Source: a virus
Virus record (IMG/VR): IMGVR_UViG_3300006163_000001
Reading direction: 5' to 3' (one strand)
Length of the DNA: 64,000 nt
The notes under the pieces were generated by a model. The model made no database searches. It saw only the letters and a program-made list of their open reading frames with translations, and was not told where the DNA came from. A program made the translations under genes and the position numbers. Shown piece by piece: positions 25,586 to 32,932 of the stretch (position 1 is its first letter; every line of letters starts with the position of its first letter).

Positions 25586-27214
25586 TCAGGCGGCCTGGTT
25601 CTCCCACGGCCAGGCGGCGTCGCGCCCGCGCGAGAGCAGGTCGACCATGGTGAACAGCTTGTCGGAGAAGCCGGCCACCTCGTACCGGTTGGGCTTGCTG
25701 CTGTCGATGGTGGCCTGCGCGTAGCCGGTGGTGTTGATGCCGAACATGGGGACGTGCGCCGGGATCGCGTCGGACACAGATACGTCGGAACGTCGGCCGT
25801 AGCCCCAGCCCAGACCACGTGTTCCGTAGCCGGGGTGAGCAAATGCCTGCATGTCGGAGATGATGACGACCCGGTCGTGGCCCCTGAACGACGCCTGCAG
25901 TGCGACCACCGTCTCGGTTCCATGGCCGACTTCGCCGATCCGGTTGCAGAACGCCTCAGCCTGACGGAGGACGGTGCCGCCCTTGGTGAGCGAGTGCTGG
26001 AAGGCGCCGTCTGCGTAGCCGACGAGGTCTACATCGCAGCCGCGCGCGGCGAGAGCGACACCGAAGAGGGAGCCTACGTCGACGTGCCGGATCTGACTCT
26101 TGCCGGACACGCTGTTCCGCATCGACGCCGACGTGTCGACGAGCACGAGGGTGCGGCCCGTCAGGGCGGGGATGTTTGCCGTCGACTCGGACAGCGCCTG
26201 CTCGAGCGCATGCCCCCAGCGCAGCGACGGCGCGGCGCGGTAGGCGGACAGGAACCGGTACGGGAACTGCCGCGAGCGGCGGACCTCTTCCCGGTCAGCC
26301 AGCCGTGCACACACCTGGGCTGCGACCTCATCCGGGACGCCGGCCTCGTCGAAGTTCCTGAGATTCCTCGTCAAGGCCATCAGCCCCATCTGCGGGATGA
26401 TCGCCGACCAGGCGGCAGCATCCATCTTCCCGAGGGACGACAGTTGCTCCCACGTCATGCCGGCGTCGCCGAGCCGCGCCGGATCGGCGAGGAACCAGGC
26501 GCGCCGCTCCGCCTCGGGCATCTCCATGGCGGCCCGGTAGGCGGACAGGATCGGGAGCCGATCGGTGACGCGGACCGTGCCGCGGTTCCAGCGCCGGTCG
26601 GCCAGGTAGTCGAACAGGTCGGCCTGCCACTGTCCGCGGGGCTCCGGCTTGGCCAGGGCCACGATGTCCGCCATCCGCCACTGCGACGCGGCGCCGTCGT
26701 ACTTGAGCGCCGACTTCTCCGTGTACAGGCGCGCCACCGCATCCGCGACACCCCGCTGCACACCGCCGGGCAGCGTCTTCTTGCCGGTGCGCTGCTTCCA
26801 GTAGGCGAGGAACTCGGCGGGCTCGTCGGCCCGCAGCATGGCGTCGGCGACCATCTTCCGCACCGGGATGGTTGGTTCGCGGTCGCAGCCCGTCTTGCGG
26901 GCGAGCGCGGACTCTGCGGCCATGACGATGGCCGCGGACCGCATGTTCATCTGGCCGCGCAGATACGGGACGAACGCGGCGACCCAGTCGGGGTCCTGCT
27001 TGGTGGCCGCGTGGACGAGGTTCCGGAAGCGCTGGTCGCGGTCGCCGGCCTTCTCGTAGAAGGTGTCCTCGCCGACCATGTTGGTGGCGGCGAAGATGAA
27101 CAGGTCGCTCTTCACGTCGCGGGTGAAGGCGGCGCCGCCCTCAAAGGTGGCCGTCGTCCCGGTCGTAGTCACGGGGCTGGAGGGTGCGGTGCGGGTGCGG
27201 GCGAACTTCGCCAT
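25586..27214 (-). CDS. rsr: Ro60 ortholog (TROVE domain + vWA/MIDAS domain)
   Basis: ATG at 27214 after GAGGAG. N-terminal TROVE-like region (FAATNMVGEDTFYEKAGDRDQRF...DPDWVAAFVPYLRGQMNMRSAAIV) and C-terminal vWA with LVLVDTSASM (DxSxS). Confidence 0.88.
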   Translation of the reverse strand: MAKFARTRTAPSSPVTTTGTTATFEGGAAFTRDVKSDLFIFAATNMVGEDTFYEKAGDRDQRFRNLVHAATKQDPDWVAAFVPYLRGQMNMRSAAIVMAAESALARKTGCDREPTIPVRKMVADAMLRADEPAEFLAYWKQRTGKKTLPGGVQRGVADAVARLYTEKSALKYDGAASQWRMADIVALAKPEPRGQWQADLFDYLADRRWNRGTVRVTDRLPILSAYRAAMEMPEAERRAWFLADPARLGDAGMTWEQLSSLGKMDAAAWSAIIPQMGLMALTRNLRNFDEAGVPDEVAAQVCARLADREEVRRSRQFPYRFLSAYRAAPSLRWGHALEQALSESTANIPALTGRTLVLVDTSASMRNSVSGKSQIRHVDVGSLFGVALAARGCDVDLVGYADGAFQHSLTKGGTVLRQAEAFCNRIGEVGHGTETVVALQASFRGHDRVVIISDMQAFAHPGYGTRGLGWGYGRRSDVSVSDAIPAHVPMFGINTTGYAQATIDSSKPNRYEVAGFSDKLFTMVDLLSRGRDAAWPWENQAA

Positions 27215-27243
27215 GCGTCGGTCTCCTCGGCAAGTTGAGGGTT

Positions 27244-27422
27244 CCGGGCCGACGGTCAACTGCTGGGCGCCGCGAGTACCTGTCGCGTGAGCTACATAGC
27301 GTGCTGCCGTTACACCACAGCCAGGATCACCTGGCCACCAGGATTCGAACCTGGACTACTCGAACCAGAATCGAAGTATGCCCCTGCTGCGCTTCGCGGC
27401 GCCTATGCAGTTGTCGGCCCGG
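27244..27422 (-). ncRNA. Y-RNA-like RNA B (YrlA-type: long terminal stem plus circularly permuted tRNA-Gln-like core)
   Basis: The 5' CCGGGCCGA/CAACTGC/GGCGCCGCG pairs with the 3' CGCGGCGCC/GCAGTTG/TCGGCCCGG. Core at 27300-27376: hairpin with a UUCUGGU loop, T arm CCAGG-TTCGAAT-CCTGG, 7-bp acceptor stem closed by GTGATC, then a D arm GTGT-AACGGCA-GCAC. It ends 30 nt upstream of the Ro ATG. Confidence 0.7.
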
Positions 27423-27445
27423 CCGCGAGGCGACCAGAACGAGGG

Positions 27446-27625
27446 CGGCGACTGAACACGGGAGGCTGGCGAGTACCAGGCGCGCGAGCTACGTAAGCGC
27501 TCTAGCCAACTGAGCTACACCGACCGAGGTCGGCGACAGGACTCGAACCTGCGACCTCTCGCTTAACAGGCGAAGTAGGCCCGCACTGCGCTTCGTCAGC
27601 CACCCGTATCCAGTTGTCGTCCCCG
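27446..27625 (-). ncRNA. Y-RNA-like RNA A (YrlA-type: terminal stem plus circularly permuted tRNA-Asn-like core)
   Basis: Terminal stem in the same register as unit B but with a different sequence (GGCTGACG/CGCCAGCC, ATAC/GTGT, CAACTGG/TCAGTCG). Core at 27498-27575: hairpin with a CUGUUAA loop, T arm GCAGG-TTCGAGT-CCTGT, acceptor CGCCGAC/GTCGGTG closed by CTCG, and a D arm GCTC-AGTTGGCTA-GAGC. Confidence 0.7.
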
Positions 27626-27782
27626 AAGGGTGCTGCGAGTACCTGGCGCCTGAGGAACTGATTCCAGAGCAGGGAAGTAACCCCAGGCTTCGCTTCGCGG
27701 CGATCGCCACCGTAGCAACAGGGCACGCCAGACGTCTCCACCTTTTGCCCTTTTCGCAACATGACTTGCCGAACGTGCGAAT

Positions 27783-27814
27783 CGCCCCGCCCTCCCCGAT
27801 GGGAGAGCGGGGCG
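27783..27814 (-). terminator. Hairpin terminator ending the late operon upstream of the Y-RNA/Ro unit
   Basis: CGCCCCGC(C)CTCCCC-GAT-GGGAG(A)GCGGGGCG, followed on the minus strand by an AT-richer spacer. Confidence 0.55.
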
Positions 27815-27827
27815 AACACCTGTCGGT

Positions 27828-27884
27828 TCAGAGGCCGAGTGCGACGGACAGGCTGACGTAGAGATGGACGAGAACGGACAGCAT
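27828..27884 (-). CDS. Tiny hydrophobic ORF (18 aa, MLSVLVHLYVSLSVALGL)
   Basis: ATG 5 nt after GAGGGGGTG. Speculative. Confidence 0.2.
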   Translation of the reverse strand: MLSVLVHLYVSLSVALGL

Positions 27885-27946
27885 CGGTTCACCCCCTCTC
27901 CCGGCTGGTGGGGCAGTCGGGCTGCGGCCGGTGGGGCGGCCGACGG

Positions 27947-28264
27947 TCACAGGGTGGGCGCGGGCGTGAGTCCGTGTTCGGCGGCGATCGCGAGACCCTG
28001 CTTGGCCAGGGCGACGCAGCGGCGCGGGATCGCCGACACGTCCCGGCCTGCCAGGATGGCGTCTATCGAGGCGTGAACATCGCCATGACATGACGGGCAG
28101 ATCGCGACGATAGGCGTGGCCACCGGCACTCCGGCCGCCTCCCACCAGCTGAGCGGGGCGACATGGTGCCGGTTCAGCACCGCACAGCCGTGCCCCTTAT
28201 ATAGGGAGCAGGCCTGCAGTAGGACGCGGCCGTCGGCGACGACCAGCTCCCGCGGCGTGCTCAC
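27947..28264 (-). CDS. Small HNH endonuclease
   Basis: NRHHVAPLSWW...CPSCHGDVH. Confidence 0.7.
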   Translation of the reverse strand: MSTPRELVVADGRVLLQACSLYKGHGCAVLNRHHVAPLSWWEAAGVPVATPIVAICPSCHGDVHASIDAILAGRDVSAIPRRCVALAKQGLAIAAEHGLTPAPTL

Positions 28265-28428
28265 TCCGCCTCCGCCGTGTCGAAGGGCGGCAGGTCGGGT
28301 TCGAGGAACGGCTGGATCGATGGCGCCGGCAGGGGCTGCGGGTCGAGGCGGCCGAGGCGTTCCAGCGAGCTGGCATCGGCGGCCGTGGTGTCGCGGCGCG
28401 GTGTGCGGGCGACGGGCGGTTCAGGCAT
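28261..28428 (-). CDS. Hypothetical Pro-rich protein (55 aa)
   Basis: GTGA coupling to the HNH gene. Below the ORF-track cutoff. Confidence 0.4.
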   Translation of the reverse strand: MPEPPVARTPRRDTTAADASSLERLGRLDPQPLPAPSIQPFLEPDLPPFDTAEAE

Positions 28429-29182
28429 CGGCACTCCTATCGGTCTGAGCTACCGGTGTCGCCAGCCGGGGAACGCGGGCAGCCTGTTGGACGCGCCGGT
28501 ACGAGGCGGTCGCCGTGAACATGGCCGCGCCCAGCAGTCCCTGCGGTGACGGCGACGGATTCGGCGTCGAGGAGCCGGTCTCAGGGCAGTCGTACTGCGG
28601 CGCGCTGTCCGGCGAATCCGCGGTGCGCTGGCAGGTGTAGGTGTGGGTGACCCCGGCCGCATCCGTCCACTGCCACGTCCAGCCGGCGGGCGGATGCCCG
28701 TCTGTTCCGTCCTGGCCGTCGACGCCGGCCGGTCCCGGCACGCCTTGCGGTCCGGGAGGCCCGGGGCTGCCTTGGGCTCCGTCGGCGCCGTTGGCTCCGG
28801 CGGCCCCTGACGCGCCGGGGGACGGCGTAATCGTGGGTGCGGCCTTGCCGGGATCCCCCTTGTCGCCCTTCGGTCCGGGAGGCCCAGGAATTGGTACGGG
28901 CACTGCGGCCCGGTCAGGCAGATTTTTGACGGCCTTCGTCGGATCCGGTGCGACCGGCGTCGAGCCCGCGGACTTGATCTGCTGCCGCAGTGATCGGACG
29001 TCGCCAGCGAGGACGCTGACTGCATTGCCGCGCAGGTTCGCCTCAGACTCGAGGCCATCGGCGCGATGCGACTCCTGGGCGATCAGTAGCAGTGCGACTG
29101 TTACGCCGCCGCCCACGAACAGCAGGCCTGCGGTGAGAAGTCCCAGCCAGCGGCGGCGCCATAGCTGTTCGCCGCGCGTCAT
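28421..29182 (-). CDS. Membrane-anchored collagen-like repeat protein
   Basis: N-terminal TM (LGLLTAGLLFVGGGVTVALLLIA), a coiled coil, then G-x-y tracts (GPPGPKGDKGDPG; GAAGANGADGAQGSPGPPGPQGVPGPAGVDGQDGTDG). Confidence 0.8.
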   Translation of the reverse strand: MTRGEQLWRRRWLGLLTAGLLFVGGGVTVALLLIAQESHRADGLESEANLRGNAVSVLAGDVRSLRQQIKSAGSTPVAPDPTKAVKNLPDRAAVPVPIPGPPGPKGDKGDPGKAAPTITPSPGASGAAGANGADGAQGSPGPPGPQGVPGPAGVDGQDGTDGHPPAGWTWQWTDAAGVTHTYTCQRTADSPDSAPQYDCPETGSSTPNPSPSPQGLLGAAMFTATASYRRVQQAARVPRLATPVAQTDRSADA

Positions 29183-29466
29183 GGCGTGCCCCCGAGTTGC
29201 GTCACCAGCAGCCTCAGGCGGGCGATCTCAAGTTCTGCGGCGGCGAACCGCTGCTCTGCGGCCAGGGCTCGTTGTTCCGCTTTCTGCTCGTCGGCTTCGG
29301 CTTTGTCGCGTTCGGCGACGAGCTTCTGTGTCAGGTTGTCGTACCCGGTCAACGCTCCGCCTTCCCGCTGCACGCGAGACGCGCCCCGGGTGCTGTACAC
29401 GGTTGCCGCCGCGGCCACGGGGCCGCCGATGAAGGCGGCTAGCGCCGTGACCATCGCGGCATCCAT
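29179..29466 (-). CDS. Membrane/coiled-coil lysis-cassette protein (95 aa)
   Basis: N-terminal TM followed by a charged coiled coil. ATGA coupling. Confidence 0.55.
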   Translation of the reverse strand: MDAAMVTALAAFIGGPVAAAATVYSTRGASRVQREGGALTGYDNLTQKLVAERDKAEADEQKAEQRALAAEQRFAAAELEIARLRLLVTQLGGTP

Positions 29467-29496
29467 GCCGCCTCCAAGACGCTTGCAAGGGGCAGG

Positions 29497-29817
29497 TCAG
29501 GCGCCCTGCGGCGTGCGGGCGGTGACCAGCGTGTCTTGCGCCTTGCCGGAGATTCCGGTGGGCTTCAGGAGCCCGAAGTGGACGGCGACGGCGGTGACGA
29601 AGCTGACGGCCGCATAGAAGACGCCGTTGGCGACGTTGTAGCCGGGGCCCGCGCTGCCGAGTTCTACGAGGAAGCCGTTCGCCGCGGTGAGGAGCAGGAG
29701 GAGGACGGCCTTGGTTCCGGCCGAGGTGACGCGGGTCGTGACCAGGCCGACGAGGACCGGCAGGACCAGGGTGACGAGCAGGCCGATGATCTGGGCCTTG
29801 GAAATGTCGAGGTTCAT
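29497..29817 (-). CDS. Holin-like membrane protein (106 aa, about 3 TM)
   Basis: ATG at 29817. MNLDISKAQIIGLLVTLVLPVLVGLVTT... and two further hydrophobic segments. Confidence 0.6.
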   Translation of the reverse strand: MNLDISKAQIIGLLVTLVLPVLVGLVTTRVTSAGTKAVLLLLLTAANGFLVELGSAGPGYNVANGVFYAAVSFVTAVAVHFGLLKPTGISGKAQDTLVTARTPQGA

Positions 29818-29830
29818 GGGTGTTCTCGTT

Positions 29831-30172
29831 TCAGACGGGCTGCGCGAGCTGTCTGCAGCCGATGACTGTGCCGGTGCTGTTGCGCACCTCGCGGTAGGGG
29901 ACGAGCAGGTCGCTGCGCCGGTCGGCGAGCGCCAGCGCGACGACCAGGGAGACGATGTGCTGGACGCCATCCCGCTTCGGCGGGAGGTTCTGGGCGTGCC
30001 CGAACTCGACCAGCACGGGCCACATGCCGCTACTGACTTCGAACGTGGCCAGCCGGGCGGGCGTCTCCTCGGGCGGAATGACCTCGCGCAGGCCCGGTTC
30101 GAGGTCGTCGATGCCGTCGGGCCGGTCGCTGCTGTACAGGCGGATCGGGTGCGGGGTCAGGTTGAGGATCAC
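29831..30172 (-). CDS. Hypothetical protein (113 aa)
   Basis: ORF in the lysis region. No motif recognised. Confidence 0.55.
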   Translation of the reverse strand: MILNLTPHPIRLYSSDRPDGIDDLEPGLREVIPPEETPARLATFEVSSGMWPVLVEFGHAQNLPPKRDGVQHIVSLVVALALADRRSDLLVPYREVRNSTGTVIGCRQLAQPV

Positions 30173-30561
30173 GTTGCCTCCCGCTGCCGCACGGGCTCGA
30201 TGTCGACAGCGGTGAGCGCGTCGGGCCAGTTGGTGAACCGCACGGCGCGGTCGTCGATGTACGCGATCGCGGCCAGCTTCCGGTCCGTGACCAGCAGGAC
30301 GCCCTGCTCATTCCAGAACCCGGAGCGCGGCACGCGGGTGGTGCACTCGAAGGCGTAGCCGGACTTCTGCTCGATCCACCGCGCGACCTGCTTGGCATCG
30401 CGGGTGGTGTGGATGAACACGGCGTACCGCTGCATGAGCTGCGACAGGGCGACAACTGCGCCGGGCTTCCAGTCGCCGTAGATCGTGCCGTCGTGCCAGC
30501 CCTTGTCGTAGCTGTGCAGGACGCCATCGAAGTCCACGGCGACCGTCTGGACAGCGGTCAC
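30169..30561 (-). CDS. HAD-superfamily phosphatase/nucleotidase-like protein
   Basis: GTG at 30561 (GTGA). VAVDFDGVLH (DxDG motif I), then IHTTR and YIDDR. Confidence 0.6.
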   Translation of the reverse strand: MTAVQTVAVDFDGVLHSYDKGWHDGTIYGDWKPGAVVALSQLMQRYAVFIHTTRDAKQVARWIEQKSGYAFECTTRVPRSGFWNEQGVLLVTDRKLAAIAYIDDRAVRFTNWPDALTAVDIEPVRQREAT

Positions 30562-31436
30562 TCGACCACCGTGAACCCGTGCTTCGCGCCGAGCTTCGAC
30601 AGGCTGGTCTGGCCCGGGATGCCGTCGGCTGCACTTCCGGTGTAGTTGAGGCGCTGCTGCCACGCCTTGTAGGCGGAGACCGTCTTCGATCCGAAACTGC
30701 CGTCGACATACTGGCTGGCCAGCAGGCCCTCCGCCTGCAGCGCCTTCTCGACGAGAAGGACTTCGGCCTTGTAGCTGGCGTGTCCCTGCGCGGCGGCCGG
30801 GTCGTGCTCCGCGGCGTACACGGCGTGCGCGAGGCTGACCTTGGGCTTCGTCGTCGGAGTGACCGGCGTGGGGCCGACGGCGAACAGGTCCGGCATCGGT
30901 CCCGGATCGACATGACTGTTCCCAGGGATCTGGTGGTGCCCGTAGTGCCCGCCGTGGTTCAGCCAGGTGTCCAGCGGGACGGTGTCGCGGGCGAACGCGG
31001 TCGGCGCACCGCCGGGCCAGGTGTCGGCGATACCCAGCGACCGCAGCCACGCCATGATGCCGTCGAGGCCCTTACATGGGGTGTCGCGGACAGTGGCGTA
31101 CTTCTTGCCGTTCACGGTCTCGCCCGCGGTGAACACGGTCTCGATCTGGATGCAGTAGGCGCCCGTGCGGTTCGTCCGCACCGTGCCGTCGTTCTGCAGC
31201 GACAGGCTGCGGCTGTCAGCCGGGAACATCTGCGCGATCTCGCCGGTGAACGGCTCCCACAGCAGGTGGGGGGCCATGTCGGCGCCGCCTCCGGTGAACC
31301 AGCCGAGCTCGTTCTTGAACGACCAGTCCTTGTCGTTGCTGGTGATGTGCCAGACGGCCCGCGCCGGGCCGCCGTCCATCGCACCGGTGTTGCCGAGCGA
31401 GTGCCGGGCCGCGCCGGGCATCCACAGGTCGACCAT
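30558..31436 (-). CDS. Endolysin: N-acetylmuramoyl-L-alanine amidase plus C-terminal peptidoglycan-binding domain
   Basis: GHHQIPGNSHVDPG (amidase_2/PGRP signature). C-terminal LVEKALQAEGLL...VDGSFGSKTVSAYKAWQ (PG_binding_1-like). Confidence 0.88.
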   Translation of the reverse strand: MVDLWMPGAARHSLGNTGAMDGGPARAVWHITSNDKDWSFKNELGWFTGGGADMAPHLLWEPFTGEIAQMFPADSRSLSLQNDGTVRTNRTGAYCIQIETVFTAGETVNGKKYATVRDTPCKGLDGIMAWLRSLGIADTWPGGAPTAFARDTVPLDTWLNHGGHYGHHQIPGNSHVDPGPMPDLFAVGPTPVTPTTKPKVSLAHAVYAAEHDPAAAQGHASYKAEVLLVEKALQAEGLLASQYVDGSFGSKTVSAYKAWQQRLNYTGSAADGIPGQTSLSKLGAKHGFTVVE

Positions 31437-31705
31437 CAGACACGCTCCCAGTCGTCAGCGAGTGCGTCGCTCTGGCTGATGACCCACGGGACAAAGTCGT
31501 CCTGCGCGGTCTTCATCATCAGATACGGCCGGAAGATGCAGACGGTGCCCTGCGGGATGCCCGTCGCCTCGGCCGTGTTGGCGTTGATCGGGATACCGTC
31601 GGGGTAGCCCTTCTGGTGCACCACGAACATGCCCGTGCCGTTCCAGCCGGACCGGGAGATACGGGCGCCGTCCTTGGCCGCCCTGAGCGCTTCACCGAAA
31701 TCCAT
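31436..31705 (-). CDS. DUF2829-family protein (Tad2-like candidate anti-Thoeris sponge)
   Basis: ATG at 31705 after GGGAG. MDFGEALRAAKDGARISRSGWNGTGMFVV...PYLMMKTAQDDFVPWVISQSDALADDWERV. Confidence 0.7.
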   Translation of the reverse strand: MDFGEALRAAKDGARISRSGWNGTGMFVVHQKGYPDGIPINANTAEATGIPQGTVCIFRPYLMMKTAQDDFVPWVISQSDALADDWERV

Positions 31706-31707
31706 GG

Positions 31708-32658
31708 TCAGGCTCCCGTCACGTTGTTGTCGTGCGCCCACGCCTTCATCGCCTGCCACGCCTGAACCAGGTGAGGATCCAGGACAGGAGCCGGAGAAGG
31801 AGCGGGCGACGGAGGAGGGGAAGGCGCCGGGGCCGGCTGCGGCGGGGCGACGACCGGGAACGGCTTGCCGTTGGTCAGCACCGCGTAGTCCGCGGCCATC
31901 GCGGCCAGGTCGATGCCCTCCTGGAACGCAGGGTGCTTGAGGTGCTCGTCGAAGATGGCGACCCAGGCCTCTTCGACCTTCCGCGACCAGTACTGGTCGG
32001 TGAACGAGGTCTCCTGCGCCCAGGTGATGAAGCGTTCGTCACCGCCGAGCGGGCCTGCGCCCGGGGCACCGTAGCCGCCGGTGATGACGGAGTGGCCGCC
32101 GTCGTCCGGCGACGAGCGGTGGTAGTCCCAGGGCTTCCCGTCGTTGAAGTCCTGCATGTTGGCGTTCTGGACGATGAGGCCGGTCCAGACGAAACCGAAG
32201 ATACTGATGGCGGCCTTGACCTCGTCCGGGCTGGAGGGATCGACCTTGGCGAAGGCGAGGACCTTCTTGCCGTCCGGGCCGCCGTGCTTGTGGAGGTATT
32301 CCAGCAGGGTCTGGATGTCCATGCCGTTGTCGTGCGACGAGCCGGGCCCGTTGGTGTCGGCGGTGCCGTTCGGGTCGAAGCCCGAGTTCTGCGTCTTGTA
32401 GACGGTCCACACCTCGTCCTGCGAGGGGTAGTCCTCGACGCCGGCAACGTAGCTGACGAGGCGGCGGACGTTGGCCCATGTGACCGCCACGCAGTCCCCG
32501 GCGACGTCGTTGCCAAGCATGTCCCACGCGGAGAGCCGGGCCAGGTAGTCGGCCGCGACCGGGTGTGCCGGAATCTTCCCCGTGAAGATGCGGGAGAACT
32601 TCAAGGCCGGCGTGTTCTTCGGCGCGCGGCGGCCGTACTGCAGAGAGGAGGTGGGCAT
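31708..32658 (-). CDS. Papain-fold cysteine peptidase-like protein (possible second lytic enzyme)
   Basis: ATG at 32658 after AGGAG. GNDVAGDCVAV (Cys), GGHSVITGGYG (His), a Pro-rich linker and a small C-terminal domain. Confidence 0.55.
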   Translation of the reverse strand: MPTSSLQYGRRAPKNTPALKFSRIFTGKIPAHPVAADYLARLSAWDMLGNDVAGDCVAVTWANVRRLVSYVAGVEDYPSQDEVWTVYKTQNSGFDPNGTADTNGPGSSHDNGMDIQTLLEYLHKHGGPDGKKVLAFAKVDPSSPDEVKAAISIFGFVWTGLIVQNANMQDFNDGKPWDYHRSSPDDGGHSVITGGYGAPGAGPLGGDERFITWAQETSFTDQYWSRKVEEAWVAIFDEHLKHPAFQEGIDLAAMAADYAVLTNGKPFPVVAPPQPAPAPSPPPSPAPSPAPVLDPHLVQAWQAMKAWAHDNNVTGA

Positions 32659-32722
32659 GGTGCTCCTGGGCATGGGAAAGGCCCCGTTGCGGGGCCTTGG
32701 GGTGGAAGGTTGCGCCGGAAGT

Positions 32723-32932
32723 TCAGGAGACTTCGGGCTGCGGGTCGAGGAGGGTGGCGGTGAGGATTTCCATGTGCTGGCCGCACTTCCCGCACTGCAC
32801 GAAGCAGTTGGTGCCCGCGTTGGAGTAGAACTGCGGGACGTCGAAGACCTGCTCGTAGTTCACACAGTCCGGGTTCGTGTCCTGTGCGGTCACGTCGTAG
32901 TACAGGGCAGGCTGGAACGTCACATCGCTCAT
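32723..32932 (-). CDS. Small Cys-containing protein (69 aa)
   Basis: ATGA overlap with the upstream tail gene. Contains FVQCGKCGQH. Confidence 0.5.
   Translation of the reverse strand: MSDVTFQPALYYDVTAQDTNPDCVNYEQVFDVPQFYSNAGTNCFVQCGKCGQHMEILTATLLDPQPEVS

Noticed and set aside
25448-27238. 596-aa plus-strand ORF opposite the Ro gene
   Set aside because: Arg/Gly/Pro-rich shadow ORF. The minus frame has TROVE and vWA motifs and a proper RBS.
27290-27580. GGTTCGAATCC / GGTTCGAGTCC T-arm matches as ordinary tRNA genes
   Set aside because: The 5' acceptor/D-arm half lies downstream of the 3' half in each case, joined by a 4-6-nt linker. No canonical 5'-to-3' cloverleaf with free acceptor ends can be drawn, so they are called permuted tRNA-like cores of Y-RNA-like genes instead.
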